A stretch of DNA of 64,000 nt from the human T2T-CHM13v2.0 reference genome, Homo sapiens. Location: assembly GCF_009914755.1 (NCBI RefSeq), contig NC_060927.1, one strand, 5' to 3'. The notes beneath the pieces are model-generated. The model did no database searches, was not told the origin of the DNA, and saw only the letters and a list, made by a program, of their open reading frames with translations. Position numbers and translations under genes: made by a program. Below are positions 1 through 13,599 of the stretch, piece after piece. Position 1 is the first letter of the stretch. Each line of letters begins with the position of its first letter.

Positions 1-89
1 CTTATTGGAAATAGGGTAAATATTTTATCATCCAAATTTAATAATAATCACCATAACACACCAAAATAGAAATTGTTATAAATATCAAC

Positions 90-345
90 AGTAATAATTA
101 TAATAATAAATACCTATATATGGCTTAATCTGTGCCAAGTGCTATTCAAAATGCTTTATGGATGTTGTTTAATCTTCAAGCAACCCCATGGGATATGTCC
201 TTTTATTATTCCCATTTTATGGATGAGGAAACTGAGGCACAAGGACACTAAGTAACCTACCTAGGATCACATGGCTAGTGAGTATCAGAACCAGAATTCC
301 AACCCAGGCAGTCTGGCCCTAGCATCTGTCATTTAAACCACTTTG
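90..345 (-). mobile_element. MIR SINE
   Basis: MIR core in reverse: cccattttatggatgaggaaactgaggcac...aacccaggcagtctgg. Confidence 0.85.
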
Positions 346-1314
346 ATATATACTGTCTTCACCCTTGACCCAGAAATTCTAATGCATATGTGTAAGGCAT
401 GATTTCAGGAGTTAAGTTGGGCTATTTCTGAACTTTATAATGATATCTCACCATTTCTTTGCCTGTCATTAATGTTTAAATGGAAAAGGGAAAGAATGCT
501 TATAAGTTTGGCTGGGGAGGAAAGGAAGAATCCAGTTGGCAGGACAAGTTGGTGATAGCATTCCATCCTGCTTACTAAAATTAAATTTTCTCTACTTAGA
601 TAAAACCTTTCTTTTGAAGTGCCCAAGAGAACTTCTGCAGTAAATCATCAATAATTGTTATTGGCTTCCTATTTCTTTGTTGTGACACTATATTTGTCAG
701 AATATCCCTGAGTGGTCACTGTTTTTTGAACTGTGAACTTAGTGGTGATGGTATAGCTTCTGAATTGGTTTCTGACAACTTTTGCCAGAGGATTTAGGAA
801 TAATTATTATTCTTAGCCCCACCAAACCACATGGTGACACCAGCAAACTCTGAAATGCAACGAGCAGAATCATCACACTGCAGAGAGATGTAGCCTAATG
901 ACATGGAAAGAGATGCCAAATCATTTTTAACTTTAGAGGGTCTTGCCTTGCAAGATTTAATTAGCTTACAGTTGAGAAGTAATTTGACATTTCAAATTAT
1001 AGTTATTTAAAGACTCTTGAATTGCTCATCATTTCACCTGATAAAACTGCAATATAAGGAGAGTCCCATGGAAAAAATGATTAGCATTAAAACAAAATCT
1101 CTACAGAGAAGGAACAAAAAGAGTGAAAAGAAAACCAGCATGGGAATCAGACAGCATTTGGATATAGCACCACAGGTGTGATGTTGGGTGGGCTATTACT
1201 GAACTTCTCTGAGGCTTTCTCATTTATAAATTATCACTTACAGAGTTTTGTGAGAGTTAAAGGAACTTGGTAAAGTTGCTGGCATGGTGTGATTGCTCAA
1301 TAAATTTTGGTTAC

Positions 1315-1636
1315 TTTTTTTGGGGGGCTGAGGGGACAGGATCTCTCTCCATCACCCAGGCTAGAGTGGCATGATCACAGCCCACTGCAGCCTTGACGTC
1401 CTGGGCTCAAGTGATCCTCCTGCCTCAGCCTCCTGAGTAGGACTGAGGCACTAGGACTGGAGGACTGGGACTACAGGAGCGCCCACAATGGCCAGCTGAT
1501 TTTTCTTAACTTTATTTTTGTAGACAGGGTTTTGCTATGTTGCCCAGACTAGTCTTGAACTCTTGTGCTCAAGCCATCCTCCTGCCTTGGCCTCCCAAAG
1601 TGTTGGGATTACAGGTGTGAGCCACTGTGCTGGGCC
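1315..1636 (-). mobile_element. AluJ-type SINE
   Basis: T-tail, then cacccaggctagagt...ctcctgggctcaagtgatcctcc (J-type) ... cctcccaaagtgttgggattacagg. Confidence 0.9.
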
Positions 1637-1719
1637 AATTGTGGTTCATTTATTAATATTCTTCCTATTCTCTTTTTATACTAACACTGAAAAATTTCTC
1701 TGAGAGTCCCCATTTCTGA

Positions 1720-2350
1720 AGTATATTCCTTCCTCTTCAACTCTACTCTTGCTTTTCAATATCCATCATCCCTGGCCTGATTGACTGCAACAACCTCCTA
1801 ATTACACTCACCATATCTAGTTTTTTTTTCTCAGCAACTTAACACATCTTTAGAAAAATAACCAGCAATGTTATCTTCCTAATTCATAAAAACTATCAAT
1901 CCCTTGCCTACAGAATAAAATTAAAAAATCGGTGCCTATTTCTTCAGATCCATCTATCATCACTTCTCCACTCACTCCTTATTCTCCAGCCAAACCAATA
2001 TACTACACTAGTAGTGTGGCTTTTATACATGTTTATCTCTCATCCAAAAATGCCGTGCTTACCATTTGTGATTTTTTACTTGTTCTATGAAACCCGTTAG
2101 CAACATCCCCTATTCCATCAACATACCTCTAACTAAAAGGCAAAAATAAAAACTCTATTTTATTTAAAGTCTTCATAGCAATTATATATACTTCTGTTAG
2201 CATTTCTCTCACTGCATTCTATTTGTTCTATATTATTCTATTTGATAGTCTATGAACTCACTAAGGAAGGGAATTATTTCTTATTCATCTTTGTATCGCC
2301 AGGGTCTGGAACAGTCTCTGGAATCTTATACAGTACACATTGAACAGACA
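1720..2350. mobile_element. Degraded L2 fragments
   Basis: L2 3'-like motifs: actgcaacaacctcctaatt, gaactcactaaggaagggaattatttcttattcatctttgtatcgccagg. Confidence 0.5.
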
Positions 2351-3299
2351 CTGGATGAGAGAATGTCCAGACAGTTTTCTCTAATAGTTCACTCTCATTC
2401 CCAGTTCAGCCTGTAAGCTATAATTACATTTCTCACTTTTGGCTAACCATTTGTTTTCCTTTATTAGAAACTAAGGGATTTTATCAACATGAACTGAGCT
2501 AATGAATATTCCCTAACTGCTACAAATACATAGTCTGCGAAAATATAAGAAAAATGAACCTTCAATTCATACGTAAGTTTGAAAGATAAAATAGGAAGTT
2601 GATTGAGTATCAGAATAAAGAGGAAATAAAAGCCAGGGCCAGTCAGCTATCAGTTGATGCCAAAGTAGGGTATGTGTTTATTGGGGGATGAGCTATCTAG
2701 CCTAAATGTATACAGGAACCAGAGGGTTAATATGTGTGCATGTGTGCACAGACACATAAAATTATAGATGGGGGCCTCAGGATTGTAACATCTATAGTGA
2801 GACAGTAGATGTGGCCTTGGGCTTAAATAAGGTGGGAAGCTAGAACTGAGCCTCCTGCAGAAAGCCAGACCTTGGAATTACTGCTCCCTCTGTGAAAGGA
2901 GTTCTAGAAACTTCTGTATGGAAAATCAAAAACAAACTAGCAAAAAATAAATAAAAAATAAATAAGCTTGTCTCTGTCCAGGCTTTGGGTTGGGTTGAGT
3001 AAAAAGTCGACTGTGAGAAATTAAGTCCTTAAGACCAAACCATGTACATGACCTGAGTTTGACTTTAAACTACCCTTGTGAGGGAATCCCAAGCTGAGAA
3101 AGACATTTAAAAACTCGTTCTATGTCAGTAAAAGCCTTGACGTACCCTTTGAATAAAATGCAAAGCTTTTCTAGGGGGACATACCAGCAATCCATGCTAC
3201 AGGTACTCTCACGGAAAAAACGACCCCCAATAAACATAAAGTCACATTCCAAAGTTACTAACTACACAAGGAAATGATACACCATGAGGGAGAGTCAGT

Positions 3300-4720
3300 A
3301 TTTATAATAGGAAGAGTCACTTCTTTAGAACTTCAGAGAACAGAGCAATTTGAAAGTCACTGTAAAATATGTTTAAAACTATAATAAGTAAATAGGATAC
3401 CATAAACAACAAATTTGAAAAAGAGCCAAATAGGGTTCTAGAAATTGAAATAATTTTTTAATAAAAAAGGACCTGCAAACAACATATTAAACAGAGCTAA
3501 AAACTTAGTGATCTGAAAGAAATTACTCAGAATGGAACACAGAGAGATAAAGGAAGAAACAAGGAGATGGATGGGATACAACTGGAGTTAAAGCTTTCTT
3601 AGGTAAGATGTTTGTGTTATAAGAGAATGAGCTATTAATTTCCTACTTTAAGTCAAATATGAGTGTTATAAATTTAAGGGTAACCACTAAAAGAACAGAA
3701 ATAAAATATAACTTCCAAGTGGTCAAGGTTAAAAAATAAGAATCATGTACTACATATAACAACTTGAAATTAATCTAAATGTATAGCCTTAAATTGCCTA
3801 TTAAAAAAAGTAAGATTAAGCTTCCTGGGTTAAGCATTCAACTCAAAAAGTTGGAAAAACAATATATTACAAAAGTGGAAAGAAGGATTAAGAAAATAAT
3901 TGAAATGGAAACTTTGAGAGTATTACCTAGAGCAAAAATATGATTCTTTGAACAGACCAATGAAATGCAAAACCTCTGAAAAGATTAAGTAAGAAAAATA
4001 TACAATATTAGAAATTTAAAAATACAGTATCAGCATTGTACAGATACAGCAGAGAACAAAAAACTGTATATACTTTTACATATATAGCTATCTATAAACT
4101 CTCACATAACTCTTATAACTCTATACTATTAAACTGGAAACAAAATGACACTTCTAGAATATTATAATTATTAGAATTGACAAGAGAAAAAAATAGAAAA
4201 CTTAAAAATACCTATAACCATTAAAGAAATGGTATTGGTGGTTAAAAATCTATCCACTAAAAAGCACCAGGTCCAGAGGTTTTAAAGACAAGTTCTACCA
4301 AACCTTTAAGGAACCCAATACAGATTGTTTGAGATATAAAAAGGATTAAAACACCCCAACTTAATTTATCAAATATAATTTTATCATAAAACTATGTGAG
4401 GATGACTAGAAAAATTATAAAATAATCTAATAATGAATGTATGTGTCTACAAGTCTTAAATAAAGGAAAGAAAACTCAGTCTAACAATGTATAAAAATAC
4501 CATATTTGATGACCAACAGAGGTTATGGTCAAGAATGGAAGGAAGTTTAAATATGAGAATATCTGTAATGTCATCCATGACATTAACAGACTAAAATCAA
4601 AAACATATGATCAACTGGACAGGTGCAGAAAAAAAGCATTCAATGAAATTCAACACCCATGAATAATAACAAGCTTTAGCAAACTAGAAAAGTAAGCACT
4701 TTAATCTATGACTAAGTTAT
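3300..4720 (+). mobile_element. Old L1M fragment (degenerate ORF1/ORF2 region)
   Basis: A-rich plus strand with L1 ORF2-like motifs: aaagcaccaggtccagagg, gcagaaaaaaagcattcaatgaaattcaacaccc. Confidence 0.65.
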
Positions 4721-4732
4721 ATTTTTAGATCC

Positions 4733-5096
4733 TGTATCAGTCAAGACGGGTTATACCAAAGTAATAAATAACTCCCAAATTTCGGAAACTTAACATGTAA
4801 AAGATTATGTCTTCTTCGCACTACATGTTCCATGGGGCAGCAGGAGGTTCTGCTTATTCTGGTAACTCAGGGACTTAGGCTGGTACATTCTTCCATAATC
4901 AGCAGAGCATTGAGATGGGAACAGGGACATTTCTAAAGCATCTTCCTAAAGTGACATATGTCAGCTCATACTCATCTTCACTGGCTAAAGCAACTACTTC
5001 ACCATATTTCCTTGTCAACTGTGACAAAGATTTCTGTAGTTTGTAAGCTACTCAGTTTATGATACTTCGTTAAAGCAGCCCAAATGGATTAAGACA
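4733..5096. mobile_element. MLT1 (MaLR) LTR fragments
   Basis: tgtatcagtcaag start. MLT1-like end ctcagtttatgatacttcgttaaagcagcccaaatggattaagaca. Confidence 0.55.
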
Positions 5097-7019
5097 ATAT
5101 TTCTGAATCTTCAGTTTCTCCTAAAGAGAAATGTAAATATAAAATATGTAGCCATTATTACTTCTAAATTTTCTTCAACCTCTAGTCTTTTTTCTAAATC
5201 ACTGTCATTTAAAAATATTTCCCATTTTAGTCTGATTTCTGATTATTACTTTGCAAATGGAAGCCTGAAGAAAAAATGATAATTTGCCAAGAGACCATCA
5301 ATACCCATGGTTCCAAATGTTATGATGATGTCTTTTGCCAGGAGTTCATTTCTAAAATATTTACATTCTGTGTTTTTTTAAAAACTATTTTTCCAGGTTA
5401 GATAACACAAGATGAAATTAGTGCATTGCATTTAAACAATACTAAATGTAAAATTAATGATAAACTGGCAGAAATAATGAAAAATCATGAGTAAAAGTCA
5501 ATATTTTAGTCCTTTCATCACTGAAATCAATCAAAATCCGAAATTTCCACTGTGCCTTTTTTTCTTTTAGAGATTTACTCTTACTGTTACTAAAATTAGG
5601 ACTAGTTGAAAAATCCAGATGATGATGTATAAGACACACAGAATCTAGGTCATTCTATCATTGGCTCTAGATCTGCAATACTAATAGCAGAGCTTCTTAT
5701 GTAAAGAAAGCAAATATACAGAATTAAGATAGCAAGGAAGCCAATGTACTTAGTAAGAACATGCTGTTTTTAGAATTTTTGCTAATGATGATTACATTTT
5801 AAATTCTTCCTAGAGTTTCACTGGATACAGCATTACTCATTTCCTGTTTTTAAGAAGTATTCAATATCACTGAAGTATGCAAAGATGACACTATAAGTAG
5901 TTCATGACCAAAGATTTCAAGATTCATTAATAAACTTTTTTAGATATTCCACTCTACCTAAGGAAGATAAAATTTTGTAATATAAGTACATTCCAAACAA
6001 ATCTATAAAAGTGAACTTATGAATAAAAAAGTAAAGTTTGACTTGTATACTGCTTTAGATAAAATAAACAGAGGCTCAGTTTATACTTCACAAGCAGATG
6101 ATTATTTTTCAATATTGGAAGTAAATTATTTCCATAGTCTATGTAAAAAATTTAAATGGCAGTAAGATATTCTGACGAAGAAAATTTATTACAAAATTAA
6201 TGCTTACCATATATGGCTTCATTTGGATGAGAGCAAGAAATGAGCCATTTATTGATTTATTATTAGCAAAGCACAAGACAAGGCATGAGCTATAGCAGAA
6301 ACAGAAAAAATCATGACCTCTGAGAAAGGTGGTGGTCAAGAGTTTCAAAAGAGTCAAGAGTTAATCCTGTGGATAAAGTATAAAAATTATAGTAAATGAA
6401 AGTAATTTGTATCAAGAGAAACTCCCAATGGAATTAAATGCCTAAGAGGTGCCTGCAATGTACTGATGAACAGCATGTAATAAAGACAGGAGCACAAGGA
6501 ATGCATTTTGTGTTCTCACAATGCCCTGGAAACACTCTGAACTGCAGTCCTGATCAGCCCTCAGAGAGGTCCTGAGATGAAGAAATTAACAACTCCAAAG
6601 AGACAGAAATACTGGCATAGTAAATTAAAGTAGAAATGCCTTCAAACAATGTCTAGCCTCTGCTACTAAGGCTACTAGCTTCTGCTATGAAGATGTAAAA
6701 TAGAGCTGGAATTCTTTGTTTATTTATTCTTCTTCCCAAGAATAACTAATGAGTTGTAGTTGGTTTTGTATACGTGTATTAAAAATGCCCGGTTTTTGTC
6801 TTGTTGCTAGAGAAAAGACACTGCATCTACTGCTGCTGAGGAGTTCTTTGAAATACCTGAAGTACTGCACAGAGTAAACAGGAGCTTTTCCAGGTCCTAG
6901 AATGCTCTTTATATGGCTTGCTCCTCATCCTTTGAGTCTCAGTTCAAATGTTACTTTCTTAGAGGTACTTATCCTGACCATTTTTCCTAAAGTAGATCTT
7001 TCTGTGTACTTTCTTATTG

Positions 7020-7162
7020 CAGGGCTGAGCATCCCAAATCCAAAGATCAGAATTCTGAAATTCTCTAAAATCTGAAACTTTTTCAATGCCAACGTGATGC
7101 TCAAAGGAAATGCTCACTGGAGCATTTTGAATTTCAGATTTTCAGATTTAGGATGCTCAGCT

Positions 7163-7202
<40 letters not shown>

Positions 7203-7283
7203 GCAAATATTCCAAAATCTAAAAAAGTCTAAAACCTGAAACATCTTTGGTACCAAGCATTTCAAATAGGAATATTCAACCTG
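7020..7283. mobile_element. Tigger4a/MER46A (Zombi) non-autonomous DNA transposon
   Basis: TIRs cagggctgagcatccc ... ggaatattcaacctg. Internal aaaggaaatgctcactggagcattt. Confidence 0.85.
7164..7199. repeat. (GT)n microsatellite inside Tigger4a
   Basis: About 18 GT units. Confidence 0.95.
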
Positions 7284-7921
7284 TGCTCTGCGCACTTATT
7301 TCTTAACACTCACTTTGTTATTTTTTTTAAAAACCTGCTTTTCTTTCCTGGCTCCATACCAGAATGCAAACTTCATGAAGACAGAGATTTTATCTGCCTT
7401 GATAACTGAAAATATTCTCAGCAACTTTACTTGGCACATAGTGGGCTCTAATACATATTTATCAAATGAATGAATTTCCAATATAAAGAAAACATTAAAA
7501 ATATCTTTTCTAGGTACACAATCATGAACACTTGAATGAATCAGTATGTCTTTTTTCAAAGGAAAGCATTTACAATATTTTCTTTCCCTTGAGGTCTACA
7601 TTATATAAATTCCAATTGTGGTCCACATCCTTAACAAACTGTAGTTGAACCAAATACTCATCAGTAACCATCTCCAACCAGATTTCTTCAGCTGTGACCT
7701 CTGACAGAGGCTCAGTAACAAACTGCTTACCTCCTCCTAGGAAATTAATGATGTCTTCTAAAGGCTACATATGAAACAGCATGTTCAATAAATATTCACT
7801 GAATATTAAATATTCTTGAATGTTTGAACCTCAATATGAATGAATCACACTCCCCTCAAATAATATACTTGACTTCGATTACCTTCATGGTCTATATTTG
7901 CTTAAAATATATCCCTTAAAA

Positions 7922-8276
7922 CATCAGTTCCCAACCTTTTTGGCACCAGAGACTAGTTTTGTGGAAGACAATTTTTCTATGAACGGGGTAGGGGGAAGTT
8001 ATGGTAGTACAGGGAGGGGATGGTTTCAGGATGAAACTGTTCCACCTGAGATCTCAGGCATTAGATTCTCATAAGGAGCACACAACCTAGATCCCTCACA
8101 TGTGCAGTTCACAATAGGGTCTGCTCTCCTACGAGAATCTAATACCACTGTTGATCTGACAGGAGGCGGAGGTCAGGTGGTAATCCTCTAGCCCCTGTTC
8201 ACCCCCTGCTGTGCGGCCCGTTCCTAACAGGTCACCTACAGGTACTGGTCTGTGGCCCAGGGCTCGGGGACCCCTG
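7922..8276 (+). mobile_element. MER1B-like hAT-Charlie DNA transposon
   Basis: cccaacctttttggcaccag...ggggacccctg. 8-bp TSD ccttaaaa (7914-7921) / acttaaaa (8277-8284), 7/8 match. Confidence 0.85.
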
Positions 8277-8454
8277 ACTTAAAAGTAAATTAGGTTTTAC
8301 AACAATTATTCTAGATAAGTCAGCAAAATAAGGAAATTTCAAGTAGGTTCAAAATGTTACTGATTTAGCAACATTATTACTGCTGCTAAACACATAGTAA
8401 GCAAACTATTGTTATTAAGTTCTACAGTATTAAGTATTTTGTTTCTATAATGCT

Positions 8455-8625
8455 TGTGGCAACCCTATGAAATGGGTTAGCATTGTTATCCTCATTTTAC
8501 CAATAAGAAACCTGGGGCACAAGAGGTTAAATGACATGCCTAGGGTCTCAGCCAGCAAATGGTAAAGCTGAGATTCAAACCCAAGCAGTCTGATTCCAGG
8601 TTGTGTGCTGTTAATCACTAATTTA
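8455..8625 (-). mobile_element. MIR SINE
   Basis: ctcattttaccaataagaaacctggggcac...gattcaaacccaagcagtctgattcc. Confidence 0.8.
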
Positions 8626-9828
8626 CCCAGTGCGATTCTAAGATGCCTGCCTGCAAATGTATTATTACCAGTACCTGACCAGGTTAAGCACAAAAATTTA
8701 GATTGTTCAGAAACTTATATACCAATTTGACATTGCTGTAACATCCAAGTATGTGATCACTGGGCTCATCCACTGGACAGGGTGATTGGGGTTGTCAAAG
8801 GCACATGGGGAGTGAGTGGCATATGGCCCTAACTATGTACTGGCACTATGTACAGTCAGTTGAATGACATATTGGTCAGAAAAACAAGAAATTAAAATGA
8901 AAGAAAAAAACCTCACCTCGTTCTTCAAATGGTTTGAGAAGTCCTAGTCTACACTAATCTCATTTGAATTGTCAGAAGATCTTCATATCTCTTGGGAAAA
9001 GAATGCTGGAGTATCACATTTTGCCTGCCTCCATCAGACAATAAATACAAAAATAATTTTGAAATTTGTTCAAATTTACATTTATAAATTTAGTACATAT
9101 TTTAATGAAGACATTATATAAAAACATTTGAATATGTAATATATAAATAATTTGTTGCTCTTACTGCATGAAAATATAATGCTTAGTCAGGTAAGGTATG
9201 TAAAAAATATCTACATAAATATCCATCCAGAACTGGAAGTTTTCAGTTTTATCCAAAAAAGGGGAAAGCTTATTTTAAAATAAAATACATACTTTATTTT
9301 AAAGCTTATTTAAAATAAAAATACATATATAATTTACATTTTTAATTTATAAAACACCCCTGTCCCTCAAAAACAAATTTCAAGAATCTAACTCCTTGTT
9401 TTGGCTTTAAAATGATTTGGCAAGTGATTTAAATCAGATCCGGAGCTACAAAGGAGAAAAACGTGGGGAGTACTTTTCCAATTGAGGAATTCAAACTGTT
9501 TCTAAAATAGAATAGTAGTGTTGAATATATCTAACACCACAGAGGAAAAAATGAAATATTCCGTATATATTGATTTTCTACATAAACTATGCATTATTCC
9601 CTTCATTTTTAATAGAATGCTTCCTAAAATGCAGTACATATTTCTTTTTTTTGTAAATGCATTACAAACTTCTTTGTAAAAAGAGCATTCTGTCCGTGAT
9701 TCAGAAAACTTTCAACAAAGCCTGTAAACTCTGAAGCAGGAAACCAGTACCGTGTGATTGACTGAAATAGAGAACGCTGTTTACCCCTAATTCTGGCCTC
9801 TTCTCTAGTTATCTTCATGGTGAATTTC

Positions 9829-10452
9829 TTTTTTTTTTATTTCCAACTTTTAAGTTCAGGGGTACCTGTGCAGAGTGTGTGTTTGTTACATAGGTAAACG
9901 TGTGTCATGGTGGTTTGCTGCACAGAACATCCCATCACCTAGGTATTAAGCTCATCACCCATTAGCTATTCTTCCTGATGCTCTCCCTCCTCCCATTCCC
10001 CATCCTCCAACAGGCCCTAGTGTGTGTTGTTTCCTTCCACGCATCCATGTGTCCTCATCATTCAGCTCCCACTTATAAGTGAGAATGTGTATTTGGTTTT
10101 CTGTTCCTGCATTAGTTTGCCGAGGATAATGGCTTCCAGCTACATCTGTGTCCCTGGAAAGGATATGATCTTGTTCCTTTTTATGGCTGCATAGTATTCC
10201 ATGGTGTATATGTACCATTCTTTCTTTATCCAGTCTATCAATGATGGGCATTTGGGCTGATTCCATGTCTTTGTTATTGTGAATAGTGCTGCAATGAGCA
10301 TACATGTGCAAATATGTTTGTGATAGAATGATTTATATTCCTTTGGGTATATACCCAGTAATGGGATTGCTGGGTCAAATGGTATTTCTGCCTCTAGGTC
10401 TTTGAGGAATCATGACACTGTCTTCCACAATGGTTGAACTAACTTACACCAA
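9829..10452 (-). mobile_element. 5'-truncated L1 (older L1PA) 3' end
   Basis: T-tail and L1 3'UTR in reverse. Perfect 16-bp TSD cttcatggtgaatttc at 9813-9828 and 10453-10468. Confidence 0.93.
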
Positions 10453-11956
10453 CTTCATGGTGAATTTCCAAGGAGACACTTTCATCTGCCTCAATCAACC
10501 TTTCCCTTTCTTGCCTTTCCATTTAAATAAAAACCTATCTTCCTAGGTAACTACAGAGAGGGAAGAACTACAGAGAAAAGAAACATACATGCACACAAAC
10601 ACATGTATACCTTGCAAGCTCAGCACACACTGAGCTTAACTGACACAAAATTCCAAGTCAATGGACTTTGCATTTTCTTAAAGCCTGCAGTGCTCTCATT
10701 GCTCACAGGCCTTTTTCTGCCTGCTTCTGAGATTCATTACAGATGGCTAAGGCTGGAAGTATGATGGCTGGATAAGTGGGGCATTACTTGATCTTCTATC
10801 ATTCTGGTAAGAATTCTATGAGGCAGAGAAAAGGCATATGCCATTATCCTCATTTTTTTTTTAATGGGGAAACTGCAGCACACAAAGAAAGTTAAGTAAC
10901 TTGCCCAAGGCACCAAGCAAATTGGTGTCAGAGAATTCAGGTCTTTAAAACTGTGTTCTTCTCCTCGTCAAATAACAATAATGCCTTCCCCCTTCCCCCA
11001 GTTTTTCCCACACTTGTTATCCAAGTACAATATATATCTAAATTGTATTTTATGCATTTCTAGACACCTCCAATCATCAAATTATAATTTCCTATTATGT
11101 TTTATTTGAAATGTTAGCTTTTAAAATGATATCCATAAATCTTTCAAACATGCAATTAGCAGGAAGAGGAGAGAAAGGATGGTTGGAAATAAAAAAAAAA
11201 GAACAGTTTCAATGACTTTGCTCGGGTAAAGAACCAAAAGACTTAAAAAAAAAAACAAAAAGCAAAACCAACAATTCCGGCAGGTGAGGGAAGAAGGTTC
11301 TTTGTGACAGGGTTTTGCCTCTTTGCCTCCTTATGCAGCAGGGGGAGCTATGGTACTATTCGTTAAGGTTACAGGAAGACAACAAGTCTGAAAAAATAAT
11401 CCAATTCGCTCCTAGGATATCCATTTTCTTTTGCATTTTCAAATGGTTCTTTTCTGTTTTTGAAACGTTTTTCCTCCATGCCTTGAGAACCTCAGGCTGC
11501 ACTACCTATATCCCTTTTTCTCTGGAATGACAGAGGGTTACCACCTTCGCTGTACATCCTTATGATGTCATTTTGATAAAGATATTAGGAGATACAGTTG
11601 CACAAAGCAGCCTGCCTTCCTCTGCCCCATCACTCTATAGGTTTCCTCCATAATTTATCAAATCTATTTTTTAGCCCAAAAAGAGGACTCTCCTGCAACT
11701 GAAAAATTCCCAGAACAACCACTGGCACATGTCTTTACATTTTCAGTTGCAATCCATCAGAAATGATTGTCAAAAATATCTCACTAAAAAAAAAAAAACA
11801 CTATTTGTAGAAATTTTAAAAAATTTATTCAAATAATAAATTAAAATGTTTCCAAAAGTAGTCTAAGTAATTAATTTTGAGTAGAAAAAAATCTTTTTTA
11901 AGAGTTTATAGGAATCAAAGAATTTCATCCTTATATAAGGCTGCATCTAACATTAC

Positions 11957-12386
11957 TGTGAAGATCAATTTTTTTGTTTCAACTGAATGGGCTCTTGGGT
12001 CCCCAGAGATTTGGTTAAACATTATTTTGGGTGTATCTGTGAAGGTGTTTTTGGCCGAGATTAACACACAAATCAGTAGACTGAGTGAAGTAAATTGCCT
12101 CTCAAATGTGGTTAGGTCTCATCCAATCAATTGGAGCCCTGAACAGAATAAAATGGTGGAGTAAGGGAGAATTTGCTCTCTCTGTCTTTTTAGTTGGAAC
12201 ATAGGTCTTTTGCCTTGGGACCCTTCCAACTTGGACTGGAGCTTATACCATTGGCTCTTCCAGTTGTCAGGCCTTCAGACTCAACCTGGAACTATCTATT
12301 GGTTCTTCTGACTTTTCAGCTTGCCAGACTGTAGGTCATGGGACTTCTCAGCCTCCATGACCACATGAGCCAATTCTGTATAATAA

Positions 12387-12440
<54 letters not shown>

Positions 12441-12475
12441 TGTTTCTGTTGCTCTGGAGAGCCCAGATTAATATA
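11957..12475 (+). mobile_element. MLT2 (ERVL) solo LTR
   Basis: tgtgaagatcaatt... start, ctggagagcccagattaatata end. 5-bp TSD attac at 11952-11956 and 12476-12480. Confidence 0.88.
12387..12440. repeat. (ATCT)n tetranucleotide STR
   Basis: About 13 perfect ATCT units inside the MLT2. Confidence 0.95.
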
Positions 12476-13251
12476 ATTACTAATTTCATGTTAAATTGCT
12501 TTGGTATAAATGAAGCAGAAAAAAAAAAGTGTTTACTTACAATATTCCCTTCTAGGTAACAACACCATAATTGGGTTTTCCAGTAAACAACAGGCATAGT
12601 TTCCAAACTTATTTATACAAATAAATCTCACCTGTAATAACTGTGCTTATTTTTATATATTTGACTATAAATAGATGCTAATATGGTAGCAAAAGAGAAT
12701 GAGGATATCACCTCTGTGTCTTCCTGATATCTGGGAAAGCCCATTCTAGGCTTCACGTAACAATCCACATGGCTGCCTTTATCTACTCTTCCTACCAGAA
12801 AAATATTTAAAACCTTTACCAAAAAAACAGCTGTGATTTATCTTGTTTGTAATTTTTAAGATACAGATAGATTACAAATAGATGTATAATGTATGACATA
12901 CACACAACTTGAAATCCACAAACTTCGTTATTTGCTTCCTCTTAATAAGTTCCTTTACATAGACAGCCTTTTCAGGTCAGAGTATATAAACAAATGTACT
13001 GACTGCCTACTATATCCTGGGCCAGGAAAACAAAAAGTGTGCTATGTGAACTGTTTATTGCTGATCTACAGAGAAAAAAAGAAGCTAGAGCTGGAACGTA
13101 AATTAAATTTATCAATAAGCAAACATTTTTTTCCTAGCAAGAATTTTCCAAAGAAGGAAGGAGAGTGCTGATTTATATTGTGGCCCAAGTTCCTTATCTC
13201 ACTGTAATGGCAACTTTGAGTAGCATTGTTCTAGGTAATTCTAGATGCTTT

Positions 13252-13574
13252 TGAGACAGCCAGGTGGGAGGGGTTCTCCAACAGGCATGCCCACTGGGAA
13301 GAGCGCACACCGGGGTGGAGCCACAGAGGTTCGCACCTTTTGCAGCCGGGAGGAGCCTGGCCCCTCCTCTTCCTGTGTGGAATCTGGGATTCAAGCTGTG
13401 GTGGGAAGCACTCCAGGAGGGACTCTGGCCTTGTGGAGGATTACTGTTTCCCCTTTTCACCCAAAAAACTCCTGCTTTACTCACCCTTCAAACTTTCTGT
13501 GAGCCTAAATTTTCATGTCCCTGGGACAGACAAGGACGCTGTCTTTAGCTGAACTAAGGAAAAGTCCTGCAACA
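13252..13574 (+). mobile_element. MER61-family (ERV1) solo LTR
   Basis: TGAGACAGCCAGGTGGG...ggaggagcctggcccctcctcttcctgtgtgg...gtcctgcaaCA. 4-bp TSD cttt at 13248-13251 and 13575-13578. Confidence 0.85.
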
Positions 13575-13599
13575 CTTTCAGATGTATTATTTTGTTATT

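Noticed and set aside
13194-13552. Four overlapping ORFs
   Set aside because: They lie in the GC-rich MER61 LTR, where stops are scarce.
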